Shown here in pieces: positions 13,198 to 26,944 of a stretch of DNA of 64,000 nucleotides (the first letter of the stretch is position 1; each line of letters starts with the position of its first letter). The notes under the pieces were generated by a model. That model was given only the letters and a program-made list of their open reading frames with translations, ran no database searches and had not been told where the DNA came from. Made by a program: the position numbers and the translations under genes. Origin of the DNA: Felis catus (lineage: Eukaryota); assembly GCF_018350175.1 (NCBI RefSeq), contig NC_058368.1, positions 6,882,001-6,946,000 of the forward strand, in the 5' to 3' direction.

Positions 13198-13460
13198 GCC
13201 GTACCTGTTACCATGAAGGGCTAGCTGTCCCAAGATCCCCTGTTAACTCCCAAGCCTACTTGGCACCAAATTTTTGTTGTCAGAAGAGAAAATAAGAAAC
13301 AATGAAAATAAATATGTCTTGGGCTCCAAGAGGTTACAGAAGAGGAAAACATAGAAGCCATAAATTTAAAAGTGTCTCATTTGAGAGCACTAGCATTAAT
13401 AATTAATCCAATTACCCACGGGCCATTAAAAGGATATGTAACCCTACAAATTCTGTTTTA

Positions 13461-13683
13461 GGGGCGCCTGGGCGGCTCAGTCGGTTGAGCGTCCGACTTC
13501 GGCTCAGGTCATGATCTCACAGCTCTTGAGTTCGAGCCCCGTGTCGGGCTCTGTGCTGACAGCTCGGAGCCCTGGAGCCTGCTTCAGATTCTGTGCCTCC
13601 CTCTCTCTCTGACCCTAACCTGCTCACATTCTGTCTCTCTCTCAAACATAAATAAACATTTAAAAAAAAATTAAAAAAAAAAC
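13461..13683 (+). mobile_element. CAN-SINE
   Basis: GGGGCGCCTGGGCGGCTCAGTCGG head, poly-A tail. Confidence 0.93.
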
Positions 13684-13849
13684 AAATTGTTTTAAAAATT
13701 GTATTTGCTAGGCATGAAAAAGACCTAGAGAACAGACAAAAACACGCTGTCAATTACTAGTAATTAATTAATGGGTCATAGGTGGCTTTTAGTTTCTTCT
13801 TTACACATTCCTGTTCACATATATTCTTTTCATAATCAGCAAAACAATA

Positions 13850-14036
13850 AAATTTTTTCAGAGGGGGGGGGGGGTAGGGTGACGGGCAGGGGAGGGAGAA
13901 AGAGAGAATGAGAATCTTAACAGACTCCACACTCAGCGCAGAGCCCAACGTGGGGCTCGATCCCATGACCCTGGATCATGACCCGAGCTGAAATCAATAG
14001 TCAGATGCTAGACGAATTGAGCTGCCCAAGTGCCCC
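13850..14036 (-). mobile_element. CAN-SINE (older subfamily)
   Basis: Reverse-complement SINE, diverged. Confidence 0.85.
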
Positions 14037-14399
14037 AAAACAACAAAACTTCTTATTAAGTATCCACGTAATTAATGGAGCTGTTAAAGGCTGGGGGGGG
14101 GGGGGGGGGGGCGGGGTAGGGATCGAGCAATTACAAAGGGGGGGGGAAAAAAAGAAAAGCAACTGGTTAACCACTTCCAGATGTCAGCCATTATCAGGTT
14201 AATGCAAAGTTTAAGTATAAGCTCCACCGAGGTGAAGCTCCAGTGCTGGCTTGTAAGTGAAGTTAGAGGGACTTAAACTAGTTAGTTTAAAACATTCTTA
14301 AACTAACCAATTGCTCTTCCCCTTAAAAAAGTACAGTTCCTTAAGGTCCTACCTTGTTTCTGAAAGGACTTTAGATGGCAACACTCCTTTTAACTCATC

Positions 14400-14827
14400 T
14401 GTTAGGGGTGGAACGTGTTCCCCAAAAATGTGTTAAAAAGTCTGACCTCCCAGGAGCTCAGGGTGACTTAATTTAGAAACAGGGTCTTTACAGAGATAAT
14501 CGAGTTGAAATGAGGTCACTGAGGTAATCTCTAATCCGACAGGACTGGTGTCCTTACAAAAAGGGGACATTTAGACACAGACACACACAGAAGGAAAACA
14601 ACCTGAAGAGCCACAAGGAAGACAGCCATGCGTAAGCTAAGTTGCACCAGACGCTGGCAGAAGCCCGGAGAGGTCTGTAGCAGATGCTTCTCTAGCACCT
14701 TCCGAGGGGCCACAGCCCTGCTGACACCCAACCTAACTTCTGGCCTCCAAAGCTATCAGACAATACATTTTTCTTGTTCTAAGCACTGTCTGTGGTGCTT
14801 GTTACAAAGCCCTACGAAACTAACACA
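14400..14827 (+). mobile_element. MaLR solo LTR (MLT1A/B/C-like)
   Basis: TG...CA ends; AGGGTCTTTACAGAGATAATC...AAATGAGGTCA...GACTGGTGTCCTTA...; ends AAACTAACACA. Confidence 0.8.
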
Positions 14828-14999
14828 CCCCCTCTAATAAATTCCATGTGGCCAGTCACCCTCACATCCACTGCCTTTTTAAAGGGCTCGTATGGAAATG
14901 TGTCGAATAGATATGCAGTGAAACAAGCACGACAATATTCATAGTTTTACTTCGTTTTAGTTTGCACTGAATTTCCTTATAAATGCCTTCTGTGACAAT

Positions 15000-16180
15000 G
15001 TTTGTAATGAGGATGATAATATATTCCCAACTGAGGCAAAACCATTCTGAATTAATCTAATCATTCTGACCGACAACACTGATATACTCTAACGGAAACG
15101 CAAATACAAAGCAGCAATACTTCCAACTGGAAGGCAGAGGCATTTTACATAAACCAGAATGTAAGAAGATGCAAGTCATAAACACCAAGAGACCACAGGC
15201 ACTGAAAGTCAAAGTCAAGGAGAAGATCTGGAAAGCGCGAGAGAAAGAGACGTCGTCACTTACCACGGAAGGTCAGTAAGATTAACAGCTGACTTCTCAG
15301 CAGACACACTGGCAACAAGAAGGCAGTGGGGTGACGCATTCAAGTGCCCAAAGGAAAAAAACCATCAACCAAGAACACTAAATCCGGCAAAGCTCTCAAA
15401 CTAGCTGTGAAATACCTTCTCAGACAGAAAAGGGAAAAAGAAAAAATGGACAATTTTTTGCTAGTGGCCACATCTTACGAGAAGTGCTAAAGGAGATTGT
15501 TCAGGCTGAAAGCGCGTGAACTCAGACGGTAATTCAAGCCCACACGAACCAAAAGGGAAAAAAAAAAAAGAAAAAGAAAAGGAAAAGGAGGACTCGTAAT
15601 GGTAATTATTTCACTATGAAAGGCAAAATAAACACATTTTTTCTTCCTTTCATCTCTCAACTGATTTTAAAAGCAATTATATAAAAAATGTATATAAAAT
15701 ATTGCTGGGACTAGAATATACTGCATATAAATACACATGTGATATATGTACCAATAACAGCTTCCCATAAGAGGGGAGTAGGAGCAAAGTTGTAAGGGAC
15801 AACAGGGTTAGGGATCAGAAATTGTAAAGTACTACTTATAACCGTGTGCTTGATGAGCTTATGACATTAACAGATGTAATATGCACACAAATCATGCCAG
15901 GAAAGGGGAGAAAGGAAATGGGCCCACGAGGGAGTAATTCCTCTATTCCACTGGAATTAAGCTAGAATAAAGGTGAAGCCGATTCTGAAAATTTACGATG
16001 TATATGGCAAAACCTAAAGCAACCACTAAAAGTAGACGCACCCACAAAAAAAAAAAAAAAATCAGTAATGAAACTAAAAGGCTACATTAGAAAACATTCA
16101 CATTATGAACAGAAAAAAGTAAAAGGGAATACAGGGGAAAAAAGACATGAGCCGGGAAAAAATTTGTAAGACCTTGGTAA
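15000..16180 (+). mobile_element. Old L1 fragment (ORF1 C-terminal region and inter-ORF region)
   Basis: Degenerate translation resembles L1 ORF1p (KEKIWKA.REK...VRLTADFSADTLATRRQWGDAFK...QPRTLNPAKLS). Confidence 0.75.
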
Positions 16181-16218
16181 CTGGATTCAAGCAGATTAAA
16201 GCAGGCATCTTCAGGTAG

Positions 16219-16530
16219 GTGTCCTGGTCAGCCCCGGCTGCCGTTAACAGACCCCCCCAGACCAGGAGGCTGAAACAACACACATCTATTTCTCACGCTT
16301 CTGGGGCCGGAAGTCCCGGATCGGGAGGCCAGCACAGCTGGTCCCGCCCACAGCCCCCTCCCAAACTGCGCACCGCTAACCTCTGGTGGATCCTCACCCG
16401 ACGGAGACGCGGACAGACAGCTCTCGGGGTCTCCTCTAAGGACAGTCCTCCTCCCATTCATGAGTTCCACCCCTGCGGCCTAGTGCCTCCCAAAGGCCCC
16501 GCCTCCATCACCTCTACCATTTTCAACATA
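16219..16530 (-). mobile_element. MaLR LTR (MLT1A-like)
   Basis: GGCTGCCGTTAACAGA...GGCTGAAACAACACACATCTATTTCTCACGCTTCTGGGGCCGGAAGTCC. Confidence 0.7.
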
Positions 16531-16554
16531 GGAATGGGGGGGGGGGGGGGCTTC

Positions 16555-16925
16555 AGGTTGCTAATCAACTGACCTTGGGATAGGAGATTATCACATGAGT
16601 CACATGTGAGTCACATGTGAGTTACAAGGGTCCTTGTAAATGTGAGGCAGGCTGAGAGTGGTGTGGTGGGACAAAGACTGACCGGCCTTCACTGGCTCTG
16701 TAAAATGGAGGGGCCACCAGCCCAGGAATGACAGCAGCCTCCAGAAACAGGAAAAGGCAAGGGAAGAGTCTCACCCCTGGAGCTTCCGGAAGGGAACACA
16801 GCTCTACTGACACCTCGTTAGCCCAGGGAGACCCATTTCAAACTTCTGGTCTCAAGAACTGCAGAATAATAAAAGTTTACGTTGCTTTTGGCCACTAAAT
16901 TGGTGGTAATATGTTACGTAGACAC
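16555..16925 (+). mobile_element. MaLR LTR (MLT1D-like)
   Basis: GTTGCTAATCAACTGACCTT...GGAGATTATC...GCCACTAAATTGGTGGTAATATGTTAC. Confidence 0.7.
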
Positions 16926-17026
16926 AAATTTCTGGTTCATCTTAAACATTGCAAACAGAAATCAATGCACTCTAATAAGCCTAAATTTGAAAATTAAAGT
17001 GACTGACCCTGGTTAGTTCATCTAGT

Positions 17027-17248
17027 TTTTTTTTTTTTTTCAATTTTTAATGTCTATGTATTTTTGAGAGAGACAGAGAGAGCAAGAGCAGGGAAGGGGC
17101 AGAGAGAGAGGGAGGCACAGAATCTGAAGAAGGCTCCAGGCTCCGAGCTGTCAGCACAGAGCCCGATGGCGGGCTTGAACTCACGAACCTCGAGATCATG
17201 ACCTGAGCCCAAGTCGGACCCTTAACTGACTGAGCCACCCAGGCGTCC
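17027..17248 (-). mobile_element. CAN-SINE
   Basis: Reverse-complement SINE; TTCATCTA flanking duplication. Confidence 0.93.
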
Positions 17249-18129
17249 TATTTCATCTACTTTTCTTAATCATATGCTTAAAATTTGAAGTTGCTTTAAT
17301 AACAACAAAAGTAAGTGCACGACTTCAAAACAGAACATATTAAAAAGGGGAAAAGAAGAGAAACTACTTTGTTTAGCATTACTGTACAATCACAATTGAG
17401 TCTTGATTCAGATGCAAGAATTGTATTAGGATCCCATGTATTTATCCATTTGTAATATCACAAAATTATGTTTACGTATGAAAAAATTTAAACTTTGTTT
17501 TAAAGCTTACCCTGACTAAATAATTGCTTTGGAGTGCAATTATGAAAATATGCTGCATATGCAAGAAATTCACATCTACACAGCCTTAGACATGATACAG
17601 AAAATAGGTCTACGTCCTAAGCATTTTCTATATTTCTTTCAAATAAAAAAACTTACAAAGGCGGGTGAAACTCTATTCTTAACCCCTGATGAAATGCTGG
17701 ATCCAGGCAATTATTACAACAGTTGCTAAAATCATTAGGTGAAAAGCGGCTGGGGAGCTGCATAATAGGAGTCCCGCTGACAACACCTGAACCCACCTCA
17801 ACTTCCCTTGCACGAGAAGACACACGGACCTCCCGGTGTGACGGAGACACAAGTACACATACCTCAGACACGTTCTCTCACCACCACCCACCTACTCACT
17901 TGTTCCAGCCCTGCCAAAACTAAACGACCACGACGACTCTGGATCAAGCCTCCAGATGTACCAGTGTACAGAAATACACGGGATCGAGGAAATCCTAACC
18001 ACCACCAAAAGGATGCCATCAGCAAAATGCAGAATACGAGGGAAGCTACGGGACACTTGAATTCCTTCAACTGGCACACTGTTATTTACAAAAAGGTTGA
18101 GGGATCCATATTCAAGAGATAAAACATCC

Positions 18130-18345
18130 AGGGGCGCCCGGGTGGCTCAGTCCGTGAAGCATCTTTCGCGATATCGGCACAGGTCCCGATCTCACAGTTC
18201 TCAATATGGAGAACACGGAGACTCGCATAGGACTCATGCTGAGCATGAAGCCTGCTTAAGATTCTCTCCCCCTCCCTCCCTATCTCCCTTCCCCCTCCAC
18301 TCCCCCTTCTCTTCCCTCCATCCCTCTCCCCCCCCCCAAAAAAAG
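18130..18345 (+). mobile_element. CAN-SINE (diverged)
   Basis: GGGGCGCCCGGGTGGCTCAGTC head; AACATCCA flanking duplication. Confidence 0.8.
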
Positions 18346-19589
18346 AGACAGAACATCCAAATGCAAGGAATGGACCCAGCTATATAAAACCATTTGAGAT
18401 AATCGGGCAATTTCAACAATGACTGGATTGAGGGTATTAAGAAACTGGGGGACGAGGGGCGGAGTGGGCAGTAAATGCTACTGTGGTAGTATTGGGGGGG
18501 GGGGGTGCTCTACATTTATATCACCAGTAGTCCAGTGGCAAAAGCACCAGATGGAATTGAGAGAGATCTCAGGCAGAATTCTAACCTTAAATCACAGACC
18601 ACACAACTGTAGTCTAAAGTAAGCTCTCTGTCCATTTTCTCATTTGTGAAACAGGATACAACTATCTATCGGCCCATTTCACAGATTTTACAGTTGCTGA
18701 AAAGATAAAGTAATAATAAAGTGGTCTAAAATGTAAATAATGATCTTGGTGAGGCTTCTTCACAGCAGGTATTTGCCATAAAAATATTTTCCGCATAAAC
18801 TATTTTGACTAATGACTGACCCACAGTAACCAGGTTCTGTTGAGTTTTTTAAAACACGTTTTCTACGGAACGAGTCCCTCTGATCCTTTTTTTGCTCAAG
18901 TCTTACATACAATAGGCTAAAGAACAGTAGGAGTGCCACAGCTGAAAAGGACGGAGGTTCTCAGACTTGTCTTTCTCTGTCACTCGCTACTGGGGAGACA
19001 AGGGGTGGGTGTCCTTTTTATGAGGTCTCCCACCTTCCTTTACCCGCTGGGTCGAACGTACTTCTTTTCACTAACTCACTGTAGCCCAAAGGAGAACTGT
19101 ACGCTACAAATGTGATTATTAACCACATACGAACGTCTTTTTCACAAGTACCAGACAACCTTCACGAGGTTTTTTGCCTAAACCAACACAACGGAGTCAA
19201 TTTAACTAATCTGAGGACAAAGCTGCTGGAACATTCAACCACTTATGTAATTCTCATCACTACTCTTACTTGCCAGCTGTCTTCACTCATTCATTCGTCC
19301 TCGTCCCTCCCCCAAACCCTTTCCCCGCCCTCATTTTCCTTGGAGCTACCTCTCGAATCCCCCCAAGCTCCTTGTCCACCACTCCCCCAAGAGCCTCTTC
19401 TGGCTTGAACGGCCAGCCTGCCTTCCGGGTAAGCGTCCAGTCGGCGGCACCTTCACCTTGCCACGTGGGAGTCTGGTCTCCCAACTAGACTGCAAGTCCT
19501 TTGAGGACACGGACGGAAAGGGAACGAGCCCTACATTCTACATCCCCCGACTCTGTGAACACTCCCGGATTCCGACGGCCCCACTGCTC

Positions 19590-20052
19590 TTAGGGGATGA
19601 ACGGGACCCCCCCCTCCCCCCCCCTCCCCCCCCCATAAAGGTATCTGTAGTCCTAACCCTCAGGACCTCACAATGTGACCCTATTTGGATAATCCAGTGA
19701 GAGGTCATTAGACTGGTCATTAGAGTGGGCCCTAACCCAGTGTGACTGGTGTCTTTACAAAAAGGGGAAACGTGACAGAGACAGACAAGAGGGATGGCCA
19801 TGTGAGACAGGGGCACAGGGGGAAAATGCCAAGCAGAGATGAAGGCAGAGGCCTGGGGGATGCATCTATGCCAAAGACTGCCAACGAGCGCCAACAGCTT
19901 TGGGAAGGGCGGAGAGGGCTCTCCCGCAGCCCTCCAAAGACCCAACTCACGGCTGACTCCTGCATTCTGGACCTCTGGCCTCTACAACCTGGAGACAATA
20001 CCTTTGTTATTTGAAGCCACTCGAGTTTGGGCGCTTTTAAGAAACTAATACA
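19590..20052 (+). mobile_element. MaLR solo LTR (MLT1B/C-like)
   Basis: GTCCTAACCCTCAGGACCTCACAATGTGACC...GGGCCCTAACCCAGTGTGACTGGTGTC...GAAACTAATACA. Confidence 0.8.
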
Positions 20053-20073
20053 AACGGGGGGGGGGGGGGGGGG

Positions 20074-20269
20074 AGGTGCCTGGGTGGCTCAGTCAGTTAG
20101 CTCCGACTCTTAATATAGACTCAGGTCATGATGTCCACACTCCCGAGATCAAGTCCCGCACTGGGCTCAGTGCTGATGGCACAGAGCCTGCTTGGGATTC
20201 TCTCTCCCCCTCTCTCTCTGCCCCTCCCCTGCTCTCTCAAAATAAATATACATTAAAAAAAAAAAAAAA
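20074..20269 (+). mobile_element. CAN-SINE preceded by G18 run (20056-20073)
   Basis: SINE body and poly-A; CTAATACAAA flanking duplication. Confidence 0.9.
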
Positions 20270-20357
20270 GACCTAATACAAATGGGGTTTAAGAAAATGA
20301 AAATGTGGGTTACTGGAGAGACTGTGGGAAGGGGGATGGGCTAAATGGGTAAGGGGC

Positions 20358-20581
20358 GGAGCGCCTGGGTGGCTCAGTCGGTTGAGCGTCCGACTTCAGC
20401 TCCGGTCATGGCCTCGCAGTTCGTGGGTTCAAGCCCCACGTCGGGCTCTGTGCTAACAAACAGAACGAGCTTGGAGCGAGCCCAGAGCCTGCTTCAGATT
20501 CTGTGTGTGTGTCTCTCTCTCTCCCCCTCCCCTACTCGTGCTCTGCCTCTGTCTCTCAAAAATAAATACATGTTAAAAAAA
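20358..20581 (+). mobile_element. CAN-SINE
   Basis: Typical body and tail. Confidence 0.9.
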
Positions 20582-21365
20582 ATCTTTTTAAGTGACCACA
20601 TCATCGTGTTTCAGAGTCAGTAATAAATATAGATTGTTTGCAGAAATGACAGAAGGAAAATAAGGCAACATTTACCAACCGCTCCTACCAGGCATATAAT
20701 TCTGGTGGTTTTACAAATGTTCCATCATTAAATTTCACTTCTCAACTGGGCCACACCTATCCAAACCAGCCGCCTCCCTGTTACAGTACAAAGTGACACT
20801 TAAAGAGAGCCTTGTGAACTCTGATGTCAACCAAAAACGTCACCCAAATATCCTTTCTTGAATAATCCATTCCAGATTTATCATCTATAAATTTACCTAA
20901 ATCCAAACTTTTTCCACCTTTATTTTTAAGATCTCCAGTTGTGAGATACCCAACCCAGCAAAATATCACAAAGGAGCCAGCCACTCGATGAATGTTAGAA
21001 ATCTCTATCGAAGCTCCTCAGGAAAGCTGAAAATTACTGGAGCCACATTCAACTGTCCAAAGTCTGCTAAGATGATCTAATTCATCACCATTAACAGAAA
21101 ATGGCAAGAACATCACAACAAAGCCAGGCTGTGAGGGCTGAAATGGTCTAGTTACGGCGACCCCGACCCCGCTCCAGAAGTGAAAGGTGAAAGATAAGGA
21201 GAGAATTACAGCAACCAGGCAGGTGGCAGGCACAGCAGGACTGCAGAGTGCGGAGAGGGCCAGTGACAGGCGGCCACTCAGCCTTTTAGGGACAAAAACA
21301 ACAAAAGTACAGAGAGAACAAAACAGGTGGCAGATTTCACTTGTTAGTTTAAAAAGGGCCATCTA

Positions 21366-21587
21366 GGGGCGCCTGGGTGGCTCGGTCGGTTAAGCGTCCG
21401 ACTTCGGCTCAGGTCATGATCTCGTGGTCCGTGAGTTCGAGTCCTGCGTCGGGCTCTGCGCTGACGGCTCGGAGCCTGGAGCCTGCTTCCGATCCTGTGT
21501 CTCCCTCTCTCTCTGACCCTCCCCCGTTCATGCTCTGTCTCTCTGTGTCAAAAATAAATAAACATTAAAAAAATTTAAAAAAAAAAG
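21366..21587 (+). mobile_element. CAN-SINE (young)
   Basis: Near-consensus; GGCCATCTA flanking duplication. Confidence 0.95.
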
Positions 21588-22211
21588 GCCATCTAATGTG
21601 TTGTCACACAAGAAGGTTGCAGTATACAAGTGTGGTGACAGGGTTAAGGCTTGATTTTCATAGGGGGCGGGGGGGGGGGGGGACCACATCAGAAGTCAAG
21701 ACTGCTTCTTCCTCCAACTTTCTCTTTGTCAAGTTGACAAAGTCAAGGCATAGACTTCACCAAGCATGGGAACATGTCAGGTCTTTGTTGAACTGGGTTC
21801 CCAGTCTGGGAGATGTAAACCTCCTCAAATTTAAACAATGTAGCAAATCAAATGAAACTAACTAATAAATGAAAGAAACTGGTAAAAAAAAAAAAAAAAG
21901 TGTCTTTTCAGGAAGTATATGCAAATGATGACAATAAGAATAATAAATTTACCTAGCAGAATCAAGGCACAGTATTTCTGGGTTTTGATCAATTATATCT
22001 ATTTAGCCTTTGACATTTCAAAATTGTTCCAACTTTTGTTCACCTTTAAATAAATAACCCTGACTACTATCAGTCTGAGAACATCATCAGGGTTACACCC
22101 TTAAGTCCATCACATAATGAATGACGAACACTCCATTTCTATTCCAGACCAGTTCCTAGACAAACCATCACTCAAGGCTGTAAGTTGCAAACATTCTAAA
22201 TATTATACCTT

Positions 22212-22336
22212 GGAGAACCTGGGTGGCTCAGTCAGTTAAGCATCGGTTACTGATTTCAGCCCAGGTCACGATCCACAGTTCATGAGTTCAAGCCTCATAT
22301 CGGGTCCTGTGTTTACAGTGCAGAGCCTGCTTGGGA

Positions 22337-22370
<34 letters not shown>

Positions 22371-22414
22371 CTCCCTCTGTCCCTCCCCCACTCTCTCTCT
22401 CAAAACAAATAAAC

Positions 22415-22464
<50 letters not shown>

Positions 22465-22479
22465 ATATATATATATATA
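22212..22479 (+). mobile_element. CAN-SINE with (TA)n tail (22426-22479)
   Basis: SINE body followed by TA microsatellite. Confidence 0.9.
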
Positions 22480-23082
22480 GTATTTTGTCTTCCAGAAACA
22501 AGAACACCCTTCTTCCCCTACTATTTCAAAACATTTTCCTCATGCAAATTTCAAATTACCAATTGCTATCCCCAAGGTACCACCATAATCACCCTGCATG
22601 TATCTTCATAAAGCAAATTAAATACCAGGGAATCTTTCCAACATCGGCAAAAAACAAAACAAAAACAAACATTGTTGTGGAACAATATTCTAGAAAAAAA
22701 GACAGTAGCTTCTTCAAAGTTATGCCTAATCTTTTGAACTGAGATAATCACATACAAATCAGAATAACTGTTTTTGTCTACAGAATCTCGTATTACAAAC
22801 ATATTTTCCATTCCAAAGAACAGAAGGCTTTTATTTTATTCTCTCCTTTTGCCCCTAGAACCTCCTGCACTGCTTACTTGATATGTGCCCAGATGGGCTC
22901 CTGGTATGATCGTAATTTGAAAGAATTACAAAGTTCTCTCGTCAAGGATCCCTGAAAGACCCACACAGACCAATACTGTAGAAATTAACAAAATTTACTT
23001 TCCATAATTTTAGACCTTTAAAAAAAATGCCACTAGATGGTAATTATGGGAAATTTGCTGACATCAGAAGTTAACTGCTCTC

Positions 23083-23280
23083 AGGATGCCTGGGTGGCTC
23101 AGTAGGTTGAGCGTCCGACTTCAGCTAAGGTCATGATCGCACAGTTCCTGAGTTCAAGCCCGGCATCAGGTTCGGCGTCAGGTTCGCTACTGTCAGGGTG
23201 GAGCCCGCTTCGGATCCCCTGTCGCTCTGCCCACCCCCACTTGTTCTCCCTCCCAAAAATAAATAAACATAAAAAAAAAA
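23083..23280 (+). mobile_element. CAN-SINE
   Basis: AGTTAACTGCTC flanking duplication. Confidence 0.92.
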
Positions 23281-23766
23281 GTTAACTGCTCCCTCACAGC
23301 ACAATTCAGTAAACAATTGTATGTTAGTAAGAGAGCCAAACCCACAAATACCTTATCAAAGAAAAAACAAAACTCTCTATTAACCATAAATTTACGAGCC
23401 ATTAGATTAAAAAACAAATAAATAAATAACCTAAAACTTTGCTTCATCAATCACTTGCGCATCCTAAGGCCAGGATCCGTAAAATACTCACTTTCAAACT
23501 TTGACGTGACTACACTCTGTCAAAGCGAACTTGTGAGCCCCGTCTTAACTCCCACAGTTCATGGCACTCGCATCCTCTCCTTATGAGGACAAGAAGTCCT
23601 ATCAATAATGGTCATATAATGATTTTAGCTTCTATTTATAGCACAAAGGCCTTCCACATGAATCATCTCCTTTCACATGCATCCACTCATGGGGTCTAAT
23701 GGGAATTACTATTCCATTTCACAGCTGAAATCCAAGTACCAATAATTAATGAAGTGGGACTCAAAC

Positions 23767-23767
<1 letters not shown>

Positions 23768-23800
<33 letters not shown>
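23768..23800. repeat. (CA)n microsatellite
   Basis: Directly visible. Confidence 0.95.
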
Positions 23801-23802
<2 letters not shown>

Positions 23803-24139
23803 CTTAGAAGTTAGAGACAAAAATTCCCAAATTCTTGTTTAAAAAAGAAGGAGAAACAATTTTGTCCCGACCATTAAAGCTTCAACATATTGGCTTGTGG
23901 ACATCATCACAGACTTGGAAGTCGAGAACTCTGGACCCCATCCCTAGTTGCTGTGGTGGCGACCTGAAGCCTAGGTCTCCAACCTGTGAAAACGGGGTTA
24001 CTATTACCTGAGCCTTGCTAACCCTAAGTGGATCTTCAAGACGACAGCCAGAGAAAGTATGAAGCTAACAACAACAAAAAAGCCCTAAATAACTTTGAAA
24101 TGATCCTGAATATCTCAAAGACCAGTCTATACATAGATT

Positions 24140-24780
24140 TGGTTTTCTTAGGTATGGCAGCAGTGTTGCATTGTTAGATATGTCGTCTTGTTGTTTTAGG
24201 CAGGCTTCTTGTTTAGCAGTATTTTGGCTTTTATCCAATTTCATAGTCCCTTCACCATAATACAGAGAAATTTAATCTATTTAGATTTAATGTAATTAAT
24301 GCAGTAGGGCTTATTCCACTTCATTTTTGTCTTCTGTTTATCACTTTCTTTTCCCCCTTCTTGTTTTTCCCATCTTCCTGCCCTCCGAGTTTGAGTGCTG
24401 GTTTACATTTCTGCTGGTTTGGAAGCAAGAAAATTTGTTTCTTGTGTGGACTCGTATTTATCTATCCTTGAGTTTTAACATGCATATGTAACTTTAAATT
24501 TTCTAATACTGGGGCTTGTGGGCCCCGGGGCGGGGGCGGCGGGGGGGGGGGGGGGGGGGCGGAGAACAAGACCTTTAACAGGTTTTAACTACCCACTGAA
24601 TAGTTTTCTACCCCATCTTGTTACTGTCATCTTTAAAAAAAAAAAAAAAAAAGGAACTTTTAATAATCAATGTAATTAAATATACTGACACATTTTTATC
24701 AATTCCATTGTTTCATGATCCCTACAACTTTCCTCTGAACTTACATTTTCTCAGGCTAAGTACACATTTTAATGATATCT
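24140..24780 (-). mobile_element. Old L1 fragment (L1ME-like)
   Basis: T-rich degenerate L1-like sequence (TTTAGGCAGGCTTCTTGTTTAGCAG...TTTAATCTATTTAGATTTAATGTAATTA). Confidence 0.55.
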
Positions 24781-26944
24781 AAAGAGAGTCAATAGTTGTT
24801 GGTAAACTCTCTTGGTATTTCGTGGTCTGCCCCTTCCTCCTCTCCAGCCTCCAAGGACTCCTTCCGTGCAAACCAGCTACAGATTCTAAAAGCAGCACAT
24901 CATCTGTCCCATGACTGCATACCTTTGCTTGCATCTGGAATCCCCCCTTTCTTGCCCATGCAATACATGACTTCATTTCAAAAATTCAAATCTCTTCTGT
25001 GAAGCTTTTCCCCTGAATTCCTCTTCTCTCTCCCAGAGTGGACCACTTTCTCTTTCGCGTGTATGTATCATTACTTATGCAAAAACCATCTCCTTACACT
25101 CGTCTTTTGTGTCTACCCTCCTTCCCAACCTTTTTCTCATCGTGGTATACACAGACAATAGTAACCGTAGAGCCCACAAAAATATACAGATAAGGCTGTT
25201 CTCACCGGAATGTGACTGGTCGAGGATCTCTGGTCAATCCAGATGGCTCCTGGCTGCCCAGTGGCCATGAGGATTACTTTCTCAGCACATCTATAAACCA
25301 GTCAGGACACACTCCAGGGGAAGCTCTGTGAGGCCAGGGCTTATCATGGTCATCTCTGTATTCTCAGTACCCACACCCACCCTGATAATCGTGTAGTTCT
25401 CCATTCAGACTTCCTGAAAGTACTTACTGAAGAAAAGGCACTCTCTACACACACCCCCAAAAAACCCAAAGAACAAACAAAAAAAGCACGTCACTATCAG
25501 CTTAATAATAGTGCCCATTATTCCCCCGAATAGTCCCCCATCCTCCCATGGAGAACACTTACTATCAGGCAGAAGACTTACTGGGTCACTAAAACACCAA
25601 AATAAAATCAAAGGCAACAGTACTCTAACTCGGCTAAAAGATGCTGTGATTTAAACCAGCATTCACAAGCATGAAATGCATGGATGGTTCCCGCACCTAA
25701 AGCATTTCGAGAAGAACATCTGTGAGCCATCACTGAAATAAACATCACTTCTCGGTTTAAGTTGGACATAAATTTTTACTGGCACGCAGCCTTCGACATG
25801 TGGATTACTACAAACGGGATTACCGGCAAACGTCTACACTCTGTAGCCACTACACCATTTTTTTAAAAAACAGCTAATGGTCTTTCTCACAGAGAAGCGA
25901 CAGAAAAGCCTAAGCCAGAGAACATCTAGGATCATGAAATCATGAAGAGCTGCAATCAGGTTCTCTGTTAAATATCTTGTACTTGACATTATCACAACGT
26001 TCTTCTGGATGGAGCGCGTCTGCGAAAGCAGAGACTTAATAACTTTGCTTTTTCCAAAGCAAAGTATACTTAAATGGTCTCCCCTCACCTCCCTCTTTAA
26101 CACAAAGCCTAAGCGTGGGGCTTTAAACGATCAAACTTTAGTTTTAGGGATTTTCAACAACACCGTGTGTCCGGTTTCAAGTTTTCAGTCCAGCAACCCA
26201 TACGAAACTCTTCACAAGGTCTAGCATTTACCTTTCTCTTACCATCCTTAAAGTACTTTACAGATATTAAATAGTCCTGTTCCAGCCGTGAGGCGGGGAG
26301 AGAAGTTTCAGATAAGATACGAAAGTAGGCTGGGCAACTACACTGCAGGCCAGCAAGAGGCGTTGTTCCAGGAGAGAACAGAGGCATGAACAATAGGAAG
26401 ATATGAAAGGAAATAAGGCCTGAAGCTGACTTTAATGCACACAGCCCGTTCTCACGGGGGCAAAGAGTTGGTGTGCTTTTTCTCTCCAGTATAAAGAATA
26501 AGGTAAGATTTCTCATCGAAAGGTGGCATTCCCAACTTACCTAAACTTCTAAAACATGGTTGAGAATGTCACAAATTAGACCGTTTTTATTCCCAGACAA
26601 AAGGAATAAAATCTTTCTACAAACTATTCAAAACAGAACGACAATCTACATTCTTGGTTTGTAACATCAGACTCTGATCCACCTCAACATAAATCTGTGC
26701 TTTCACAGTGTGATATACTACCACTAAGCTATTTCTTGTGATGAAAATGAACTTCAGGAACTGCACTGCATAAAAGAACTTTCCATTCTGCTTACTAACA
26801 TTTGTTGAGGCCACGAACATTAATCAGTAGTGCCCCAGGATCCTTTCCATGCCCACGGGAGCAAATCACTTTAGAAGGGTAGAATAACACGAACCTCCAC
26901 CGCCATTACATAAGTGATTACCATGAGCCAGATAGAATTTTGTC

